From positions 1 to 46,284 of the forward strand of contig JAUMYI010000001.1 of NCBI GenBank assembly GCA_030528705.1: a DNA stretch of 46,284 bases, in the 5' to 3' direction. The translations under genes were made by a program, and so were the position numbers. The first letter of the stretch is position 1, and each line of letters starts with the position of its first letter. Positions 39,201 to 46,284 of this stretch are shown here, piece after piece. The stretch is from Comamonadaceae bacterium (GTDB lineage: Bacteria > Pseudomonadota > Gammaproteobacteria > Burkholderiales > Burkholderiaceae_C). The notes below the pieces were generated by a model. The model did not search any database, had not been told where the DNA came from, and worked only from the letters and a program-made list of their open reading frames with translations.

Positions 39201-40328
39201 TCAGGGCTCCCAAACAGGCTGGTGGCCGCCGTTGTCGGCCAGCGCCTCCTGGCGATACAGCGCCAGCTTTTCCATGACCGGCAAATCGTTGAAGCAAAAC
39301 AGGCAGGCGTCCTCGCTCTGGCTGGCGTTGACGTGTTCATGCCAGGCCCAAGACGGCACGCAAAAGATGTCGTGCTCGCGCCAGTCAAAGCGCCGCCCGC
39401 CAATGACCGAGTAGCCGCGCCCCTTGGCCACGTGGTAGAGAAAGCTGCCCGTGTGGCGGTGCGCCTTGCCGGTAAAGCCCGGCCGCAGCAATTGCATGCT
39501 GGCCCCAATCGTGGCCATCACATGGCCATGCGTGACCGGATTGACGTAATGCATCAAAGCGCCATCGAAGGGGCAGTCCTGCCTGGACGCCGCCAGCCTT
39601 TGCAAGGCCTCGTAGGTCGGCTCCCACTGGTACTTAAGCAGTGGCGAGTAGGGCTGCGCCCAATCCAGCGCCTGCGGCCGCAAACCGGGCGCGCCCCAAA
39701 GCGCCACCGTGTCATCGACCGGATAGCCCACGGCCTGGTGCAAATCCGGATGCACGGCATAAAACCCCGCCTCCATGGCATTGACCAGCGGGATGTCCAG
39801 CCCGTCCTGCCAGATGCAGGGCAGGCCGCCCTCTTCCACGCCATGCTCATGCCAGCAGCCGTTGGGCGTGAGCACGAAGTCATTGGCGCCCAGCGTCATC
39901 TTGTGCCCATCGACGATGGTGTAGGCGCCACGCCCCTCCATGATGAAGCGCAGCGCCGAGGAGGAATGCGCATGCGCCGAGGCCTTCTCGCCCGGATGCA
40001 TCACTTGCAGCCCCGAGTACAGCCAGCCCACCGCTGCGGCCACATCGCTGCGCCCCGGGTTGTTCAGATAAATCACCCGCCGCCCGGCCTTCTCCGGCGT
40101 CACCAAATCCACCGAACGCAGCACATGCGCACGCAAATCCTGGTAGCGCCACAGCATGGGCAGCGACTGCGACTTGGGCTCCCAGGGCTCGATCTTGTTG
40201 GCCACCGTCCACAGCGCCCCCGCATTCAAGGACTCCAACTGCCGGTAGTAGGCCAGCAGCTCAGGGGTGTCGGCCACATCGGCGCGGCCGGCAACGCTCT
40301 CACGGTACTGTTCGTAACTGCTCGTCAT
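39201..40328 (-). CDS. Gentisate 1,2-dioxygenase-family bicupin ring-cleavage dioxygenase
   Basis: ALW, AGRRVIYL.NP, LYSGLQ, AHAH...ALRFIMEG.GAYTIVDG, TP...WHEHG, WQDGLDIP; second cupin AHRHT...WHEH, FND.PV.EKL. Confidence 0.9.
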   Translation of the reverse strand: MTSSYEQYRESVAGRADVADTPELLAYYRQLESLNAGALWTVANKIEPWEPKSQSLPMLWRYQDLRAHVLRSVDLVTPEKAGRRVIYLNNPGRSDVAAAVGWLYSGLQVMHPGEKASAHAHSSSALRFIMEGRGAYTIVDGHKMTLGANDFVLTPNGCWHEHGVEEGGLPCIWQDGLDIPLVNAMEAGFYAVHPDLHQAVGYPVDDTVALWGAPGLRPQALDWAQPYSPLLKYQWEPTYEALQRLAASRQDCPFDGALMHYVNPVTHGHVMATIGASMQLLRPGFTGKAHRHTGSFLYHVAKGRGYSVIGGRRFDWREHDIFCVPSWAWHEHVNASQSEDACLFCFNDLPVMEKLALYRQEALADNGGHQPVWEP

Positions 40329-40435
40329 CTGCAAAGACTCCCGGTTGATTGCATGAACAGATCGGCGCCATCGCGCCAGCGAGGCCGCCAGCAACACCAT
40401 TCTTGGAGCCAACGCCATCTTTCCTAAATTTGCTT

Positions 40436-40449
40436 GATTTTATAAAATC
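40436..40449. promoter_or_regulatory. Perfect palindrome GATTTTATAAAATC, candidate GntR/FCD operator
   Basis: 14-bp perfect inverted repeat about 110 bp upstream of the dioxygenase start, in the divergent intergenic region. Confidence 0.6.
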
Positions 40450-40686
40450 TGACCGATAGCCCCATCCGTACAAACCCTGAGCTGGCAGCTTGACAGGCCC
40501 AGTCTGCCGGCACAGTCGGGCCCGCTAAATGGCAGGCAGCTCCAGCGCCTGGCAGGAGCCGCATCTGCCATTGCGTTTTTCATCCTCCAGGCTTCATTCA
40601 AAATACCCCCTGCTCTTTTTAAAATCCCTCCCCCACGCCACCGCCCATCCACATGCCGACCTCGAACAGAAAGGAGAAACATTTCC

Positions 40687-41319
40687 ATGCCCAATCAATC
40701 CAGCATTGACTTTCACTGTTACGAGCCCAATCAGGGGCATGGCCTGCGCCACGACCCCATTGCAGCCATTCTTGGCCCACGCTTCATCGGCTGGATTTCG
40801 ACGCGCTCATTAGACGGCACGCCCAATTTGGCGCCATACAGCTTTTTCGGCATCTTCAACTACCAGCCGCCAATCATCGGGTTCTCCAGCGTGGGCTGGA
40901 AAGACACCGTGCGCAATGCCCAGGACACTGGCCAATTCGTCGTCAACTTGGCCACACGCGCCCTGGCCGAGCCAATGAATCTCAGCAGCGCCGAGCTTCC
41001 CAGCGACGTCAGCGAGTTCCAGGTCGCGCAACTCGACGCCATTGATGCAAAAAACGTGGCAGCGCCGCGCGTGGCGCAAAGCCCTGTTTCGCTGGAGTGC
41101 AAAGTCCTGCAAATTCAGCAGCTCAGCACACTGGAAAACAAAAAAATCAATACTTGGCTGACCCTGGGCGAGGTTGTGACTGTGCACATTGCAGCCAACC
41201 TACTGAAAGATGGCGTATACGACACAGGCGCCGCGCATCCCATTCTTCGGGCCGGCGGTTCATCGGATTATTTTGAAATCACACCGGAAAGCCTTTTCAA
41301 AATGCGCAGGCCGCGTTAA
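40687..41319 (+). CDS. Flavin reductase-like protein (DIM6/NTAB family)
   Basis: YEP..GHGL.HDP..A...PR.IGWIST, NLAPYSFF, KDT..N...TG.FV.N, EF, PRV..SP...EC, GEVV; SD AAGGAG. Confidence 0.9.
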   Translation: MPNQSSIDFHCYEPNQGHGLRHDPIAAILGPRFIGWISTRSLDGTPNLAPYSFFGIFNYQPPIIGFSSVGWKDTVRNAQDTGQFVVNLATRALAEPMNLSSAELPSDVSEFQVAQLDAIDAKNVAAPRVAQSPVSLECKVLQIQQLSTLENKKINTWLTLGEVVTVHIAANLLKDGVYDTGAAHPILRAGGSSDYFEITPESLFKMRRPR

Positions 41320-41510
41320 CCAAAATCGCCAACCAAAATCCATCAATTGCATCAGCGCCGCTGGCACTCCATGAAAAACTCATGCCAGAGGCCAGTGTGC
41401 GCGGCCCGTGCGGACGGTCTTCAGCCCTATCATGATCCAAGCAGGCAAGCGAGTCCGCGCCTCCCCAGCCCCGGGGCAGCAAGCGCCTGCCAGTCTGCTG
41501 CCATCCAGTC

Positions 41511-41526
41511 AGTTTTTATAAAAACT
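41511..41526. promoter_or_regulatory. Perfect palindrome AGTTTTTATAAAAACT, candidate operator upstream of livK
   Basis: 16-bp perfect inverted repeat sharing the TTTTATAAAA core with 40436-40449. Confidence 0.5.
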
Positions 41527-41718
41527 ACATTTTGCCTATCCTGGGAGCGCCGCGCGCAATGCGGCCGCAGCAGGCCGGCAAGAAGATCAGGCAGACCCGC
41601 CCCTGGTTTCCACCGATGGACGGCTTGTGTTTGCGGGAAATACTTCCAGGCTTGGCATCCATTGGCTTGGGCCAGCGCCAGACTGCCCCCATCCACACAC
41701 ACCCATGAAGGAGGAACC

Positions 41719-42858
41719 ATGAGCATCCGCACACCCGCATTCCGCCCCTTTGCCGCCTTGGCCAGCGCCTGCGCGCTGGCCGTTTCACTGGGCGCTGCCA
41801 GCGCCGCCTGGGCCAGTGAGCCCATCAAGCTGGGCATCGTCCAGCCCATGACCGGGCCAAACAAGCAATACGGCGATCAGATCGTCGCTGGCGCCATGAC
41901 CGCCATCGAAACCATCAATGCCGCAGGCGGCGTCAAGGGGCGCAAGATCGAGCCCATCCTGATCGACGACGGCTGCGAGCCCAAGCAGGCCGTGCCCGCG
42001 GCCAACCAGGTGATCAAGTCCGGCGCCAAGTTCGCCGTGGCCCATGCCTGCTCGGGCACGGCCGTGCCCGCCGTCAACGTGTACGAGGAAGAGCGCATCG
42101 TGGGCATCACGCCGGGGGCCACCTCGCCGCTGGTGACCGACACCATCAAGCCGCATTTCTTCTTTCGCACCGGCGGGCGCGACGACCAGCAAGGCCCGTT
42201 CGCCGCGCGCTACATGCTCAAGGCCATCAAGCCCAGCAAGATCGCCGTTCTACACGACAAGCAGACCTATGGCTTTGGCGTGGCCAATGAGGTGCACAAA
42301 ACGCTCAAGGAGCAAGGCGCCAACATCGTCATGTTCGAGAGCATCAATGCCGGCGACAACGACTATTCGGCCATCATCACCAAGCTCAAGGCCCAGGGGG
42401 CCGACATGGTTTATTACGGCGGCTACCACGCCGAGTTGGGCTTGCTGCTGCGCCAGGCGCGCGAGCAGGGGCTGGATGCGCAGTTCATGGCCCCCGATGG
42501 CGCGGCCAACCCCGATCTGGTGGCCATTGCCGGCCATGCCACCGAGGGCCTGCTGGTGACCATGGGGGCGGATTTCACCAAGCGCCCGGAAAACGCACAG
42601 ATTCTTGCCGCCTTCCAAAAAGCCGGGCGCGAGCCCGAAGGCACCTTCCAGCTGCCGGCCTACGCCGCCGTGGAAGTGATTGCGCAAAGCATTGCCGCCG
42701 TCGGCGACGACCCCGTCAAGGTGGCCGATCACATGCACAGCAGCCGCTTCGACACGGCCGTGGGCGCGGTCGAGTACGACGCCAAGGGCGATCTCAAGAC
42801 CTTCGAGTTCGCCGTCTACCGCTGGGACGCCCAGGGCCGCCGCCAGCAGGTGCAATAA
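41719..42858 (+). CDS. livK: Branched-chain amino acid ABC transporter substrate-binding protein (LivK/LivJ/BraC-like)
   Basis: Signal peptide, PMTGP..QYG, INAAGGVKG, DDGCEPKQAV, H.CS, LHDKQ.YG.G, YYGGYH.E, GDLK; SD AAGGAGG. Confidence 0.9.
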   Translation: MSIRTPAFRPFAALASACALAVSLGAASAAWASEPIKLGIVQPMTGPNKQYGDQIVAGAMTAIETINAAGGVKGRKIEPILIDDGCEPKQAVPAANQVIKSGAKFAVAHACSGTAVPAVNVYEEERIVGITPGATSPLVTDTIKPHFFFRTGGRDDQQGPFAARYMLKAIKPSKIAVLHDKQTYGFGVANEVHKTLKEQGANIVMFESINAGDNDYSAIITKLKAQGADMVYYGGYHAELGLLLRQAREQGLDAQFMAPDGAANPDLVAIAGHATEGLLVTMGADFTKRPENAQILAAFQKAGREPEGTFQLPAYAAVEVIAQSIAAVGDDPVKVADHMHSSRFDTAVGAVEYDAKGDLKTFEFAVYRWDAQGRRQQVQ

Positions 42859-42892
42859 GGCCGCAGCTGCGCCCGCGTGGGCGTGGCGCGCA

Positions 42893-44299
42893 TCAGGTGC
42901 GCGCCACCTCGCGCAGCGTGACGAACTCCTCGGCGCTGGTGGGGTGGATGCCGATGGTGGCGTCGAACTGGGCCTTGGTGGCGCCGCATTGCAGAGCCAC
43001 GGCAAAGCCTTGCACGATTTCGCCTGCGTCTTCGCCCACCATGTGCAGGCCCAGCACGCGGTCGCTGGCCTCGTCCACGATGAGCTTGACCAGGGTGCGC
43101 TCGGCGCTGCCGCTCAAAGTGTGCTTGAGCGGCCTGAAATCGCTGCGGTAGACGTGGATGGCGCCAAAGCGTTGGCGCGCCTGCTCCTCCGTCAGGCCCA
43201 CGGTGCCGATGGATGGATGGGTGAAGACGGCGGTGGGGATGTTGTCGTAGCTGAGCGTGCGCGCCGCCTGGCCAGGGGCGGGGCCCAACAGATGATCCAC
43301 CAGCACCATGGCCTCGGCCAGGGCCACGGGGGTCAGGGCCATGCGGCCCACCACGTCGCCCAGGGCGTAAACGCCGGGCACGCTGGTGGCGTAGTGTTCA
43401 TCGACCTCGATGTGGCCTTGTTTGCTTTGCTTCACGCCCACGCCATCCAGGTTCAGCCCGTCGACCAGCGGGCGGCGGCCGGTGGCGTAGAGCACTGCGT
43501 CGGCCTCCAGCGCGCTGCCGTCGCTCAAGTGCACGCGGCGCTGCTCGCCTGCGGCCTCGATGCGCTGGATGTCGGTTTGTACGCGGATGTCCACGCCATG
43601 CTGGCGCATCTGCGCGGCGGTGAAGTCGCGCACCTCGTCGTCAAAGCCGCGCAGGATTTGCTCGCCACGGTAGAGCAGCGTGACCTCGGCGCCCAGGCCA
43701 TGAAAAATGCTGGCCATCTCGCAGCCGATGTAGCCGCCGCCAGCCACCACCAACCGCCGGGGCAAGCGCGGCAGATCGAACATGTCATCAGAGGTGATGG
43801 CCAGCTCGGCCCCTGGCAGCTCGGGCTTGAAGGGGGCGCTGCCCGTGGCGATCAGGATGTGGCGGGCGCTGTGGCGGCTGGTGCTGCCATCGGCGGCGCG
43901 CACCTGCACGGTGTGGGCGTCGATGAGCGCGCCGTGGCCTTGCAGGCGGGTCACGCCTGCGCCGTCCATCAGCCCTTCGTAAATGCCGTTCAGACGGCCG
44001 ATTTCCTTGGCGCGCGCGGCCTTGAGCGCGGCCCAGTCCAGCGCGGGCGCGCCGGGCAGCTGCCAGCCGTAGCCGCGCGCCTCTGCAAAGTCTTGCGCAT
44101 AGTGCGCGGCATAGCTGTAGAGCTTCTTGGGGATGCAGCCCAGGTTCACGCAAGTGCCGCCCATGCGGGCGCTTTCGACCAGGGCCACGCGCGCGCCGCG
44201 CTGCGCGGCAAAACGGGCCGCGCGCACGCCGCCGGAGCCGCCGCCGATGACGAAGAGGTCGAAGTCGCGGGCGTCTTGGGAGTCTTTGGAATGGGTCAT
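42893..44299 (-). CDS. gor: Glutathione-disulfide reductase
   Basis: FDLFVIGGGSGGVRAAR, GGTCVNLGCIPKK, GGGYIG.E, LTPVAL.E, IPTAVF, GIHPTSAEEFVT. Confidence 0.96.
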   Translation of the reverse strand: MTHSKDSQDARDFDLFVIGGGSGGVRAARFAAQRGARVALVESARMGGTCVNLGCIPKKLYSYAAHYAQDFAEARGYGWQLPGAPALDWAALKAARAKEIGRLNGIYEGLMDGAGVTRLQGHGALIDAHTVQVRAADGSTSRHSARHILIATGSAPFKPELPGAELAITSDDMFDLPRLPRRLVVAGGGYIGCEMASIFHGLGAEVTLLYRGEQILRGFDDEVRDFTAAQMRQHGVDIRVQTDIQRIEAAGEQRRVHLSDGSALEADAVLYATGRRPLVDGLNLDGVGVKQSKQGHIEVDEHYATSVPGVYALGDVVGRMALTPVALAEAMVLVDHLLGPAPGQAARTLSYDNIPTAVFTHPSIGTVGLTEEQARQRFGAIHVYRSDFRPLKHTLSGSAERTLVKLIVDEASDRVLGLHMVGEDAGEIVQGFAVALQCGATKAQFDATIGIHPTSAEEFVTLREVART

Positions 44300-44400
44300 G
44301 GTGGTGGGAGTTGGGTGCAATGAGCCTGGGCCGCGCTGCAAGCCTGTTCAAAGCCCCTGCATGACAGGAGCAGGCTGTGGGCTTGATTCGCCATTGCCAG

Positions 44401-44441
44401 CAAAAAGGGCCTGCGCCAGCTTCACCGGGCAGGCCCTTTGC
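44401..44441 (-). terminator. Intrinsic terminator downstream of the aldehyde dehydrogenase
   Basis: AAAGGGCCTGC...GCAGGCCCTTT hairpin with a T-tract on the minus strand. Confidence 0.6.
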
Positions 44442-44519
44442 AGGCGCGGCGCGAGAGACTTGTCCAGCGTTGCCCTAGAGCGGCCATGAAGCCGCGAGCA
44501 GCGGCCCAACCACGGCAGC

Positions 44520-46052
44520 TCAGATATCGAACTTCACGCCCTGGGCCAGCGGCAGCTCGCGCGAGTAGTTGACGGTGTTGGTGGCGCGGCGCATGTAGGC
44601 CTTCCAGGCGTCCGAGCCGGACTCGCGGCCGCCGCCGGTTTCTTTTTCGCCGCCGAAGGCGCCGCCGATTTCCGCGCCGCTGGTGCCGATGTTGACGTTG
44701 GCGATGCCGCAATCGGAACCCGACGCCGACAGAAAGCGTTCGGCCTCGCGCAAGTCGGTGGTGAAGATGGCCGAGGACAGGCCCTGGGGCACGTCGTTTT
44801 GCAGCGCAATGGCCTCTTCCAGGCTGTCGTAGCCCAGCACGTAGAGGATGGGGGCGAAGGTTTCGTGGCGCACGGTCTCGCTCTGGGCCGGCATCTCGAC
44901 GATGGCCGGGCGCACGTAATAAGCGCCCGGGGCCTTGTCGGCATCGACGCGCTCGCCGCCAAACACCTGGCCGCCTTCGGCGCGCGCGCTGGCCAGGGCC
45001 TTCTCGAAGGCCTCGAAGCTGGCCTTGTCGATCAGCGGCCCGACCAGCACGCCCTCTTGCAGCGGGCTGCCGATGGGCAGCTTGGCATAGGCGGCCTTGA
45101 GGCGTTCGAGCAGCTGCTGCTTGACGCTGTGGTGCACGATCAGGCGGCGCGTGGTGGTGCAACGCTGGCCGGCCGTGCCCGCAGCGGCAAAGGCAATGCC
45201 GCGCAGCGCCAGATCCAGATCGGCGCTGGGCGTGACGATCACGGCATTGTTGCCGCCCAGCTCCAACAGCACGCGGCCAAAGCGCTGCGCCACGCGCGGC
45301 CCGACCTCGCGGCCCATGCGGGTGCTGCCCGTGGCCGAGACCAGCGCCACCTTGGGGCTGTCCACCACCACCTCGCCCAGCGTGCGGTCGCCCAGCACCA
45401 ACTGGTTCAGCTGCGCCAGCGCAGCGCCGTCGCTGCGGCCGGCGCTAAAACGCTTGAGCGCGCGCATGAACAAGGCCTGCGTGGCCAGCGCCGTCAGCGG
45501 CGTCTTCTCCGAAGGCTTCCACACCACGGCATTGCCCGCCACCAGCGCCAGCGCGGCATTCCAGGCCCAGACGGCCACGGGGAAGTTAAAGGCCGTGATG
45601 ACGCCCACCACGCCCAGCGGATGCCAAGTCTCCATCATGCGGTGGCCGGGCCGCTCCGAGGCAATCGTCAGCCCGTAGAGCTGGCGCGACAGGCCCACGG
45701 CGAAGTCGCAGATGTCGATCATCTCCTGCACCTCGCCCAGGCCTTCGGTGAGGATCTTGCCCGCCTCCAGCGCCACCAATTGGCCCAGCGCCTGCTTGTG
45801 GGCGCGCAGCTCCTCGCCCAGCAGGCGCACCAGCTCACCGCGCTGCGGCGCAGGCACATCGCGCCAGGCCAGATAGGCCGCATGCGCCTGGTCGATGCTC
45901 TGCTGCACCTGCGCGACCGTGTGCGTGTGCAACTGGCCGATGACGCAGCCGTCGATCGGGCTGTGCACCGCCAGATCGCCGCCGGTGTACAGGGCCGGAT
46001 CGACGCCCAACTGTTGCAACAGGGAAGGGGTGAGTTCGGATGGCTTGGACAT
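44520..46052 (-). CDS. amaB: ALDH7/antiquitin-type aldehyde dehydrogenase (L-piperideine-6-carboxylate dehydrogenase, AmaB-like)
   Basis: PAP.RGELVR, EG.GEVQEMIDICDFAVGLSRQLYG, AFNFPVAVW, LELGGNN, GTAGQRCT, GTSGAEIGGAFGGEK.TGGGRESGSDAWK.YMRR, LPLAQGV.F. Confidence 0.9.
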   Translation of the reverse strand: MSKPSELTPSLLQQLGVDPALYTGGDLAVHSPIDGCVIGQLHTHTVAQVQQSIDQAHAAYLAWRDVPAPQRGELVRLLGEELRAHKQALGQLVALEAGKILTEGLGEVQEMIDICDFAVGLSRQLYGLTIASERPGHRMMETWHPLGVVGVITAFNFPVAVWAWNAALALVAGNAVVWKPSEKTPLTALATQALFMRALKRFSAGRSDGAALAQLNQLVLGDRTLGEVVVDSPKVALVSATGSTRMGREVGPRVAQRFGRVLLELGGNNAVIVTPSADLDLALRGIAFAAAGTAGQRCTTTRRLIVHHSVKQQLLERLKAAYAKLPIGSPLQEGVLVGPLIDKASFEAFEKALASARAEGGQVFGGERVDADKAPGAYYVRPAIVEMPAQSETVRHETFAPILYVLGYDSLEEAIALQNDVPQGLSSAIFTTDLREAERFLSASGSDCGIANVNIGTSGAEIGGAFGGEKETGGGRESGSDAWKAYMRRATNTVNYSRELPLAQGVKFDI

Positions 46053-46195
46053 GGTGCGGACAACCCTTTCGATGAGATCAAGAAAAACGGCGAGCGCACA
46101 CAGCGCCCGCCAGCTGGCAGCGGGCAACTATACAGCGCCCAACACCTCTGCCCCTCATCGGAAACCCTGGCCCGCGCCAGCTGGGCGCAGCGCCA

Positions 46196-46282
46196 TCAGG
46201 CCATTTCCGCCAAGCGCCTTTCCATCGCCGCGCGCGTGGCTTTGAGGGCCTCGGGCAGGCCCTGCTCCAGTTGCTTGAACAG
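46196..46282 (-). CDS. 3' end of a CDS, probably GTP-dependent PEP carboxykinase (partial)
   Basis: Manual translation ...LFKQLEQGLPEALKATRAAMERRLAEMA* resembles the PckG C-terminal helix. Only 28 codons are visible. Confidence 0.5.
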   Translation of the reverse strand: MFKQLEQGLPEALKATRAAMERRLAEMA

Positions 46283-46284
46283 CT

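Overview
GC-rich betaproteobacterial chromosome segment. Protein sequences and gene order point to the Comamonadaceae; this is an inference, and Neisseria-like accessory genes suggest a host-associated lineage. Most of the window is core housekeeping: ribE; rplY-prs-tRNA-Gln-ispE-lolB-TPR/mutM; the rpsB-tsf-pyrH-frr-uppS-cdsA-dxr-rseP-bamA-skp-lpxD-fabZ-lpxA-lpxB-rnhB superoperon; thrS-infC; livK; gor; an ALDH7-type dehydrogenase; and the partial 3' ends of a BenE-type transporter and probably pckG. Three accessory blocks stand out. (1) 245-3332 holds an orphan DUF600/YezG-like protein, a secreted protein made of two tandem Neisseria ACP-type (lysozyme-inhibitor) domains, and a YdgA/DUF945 protein. 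(2) 29221-30762 holds a TPP riboswitch ahead of a TenA_E + TenA_C pair, the first gene frameshifted by an apparent 7-nt deletion; it sits where rpmI-rplT normally follows infC. (3) 30798-41319 is a catabolic island: gentisate-type bicupin dioxygenase, FAH-family hydrolase, aromatic-acid ABC importer, a CGEN-type nitrilase, maleate isomerase, GntR/FCD regulator and a divergent flavin reductase. It most plausibly degrades an amino- or aza-substituted gentisate analogue such as 5-aminosalicylate. Perfect palindromes with a TTTTATAAAA core occur upstream of the island operon and upstream of livK. No CRISPR array, integrase, intact transposase or rRNA was seen. All family assignments come from motif recognition, not database searches.
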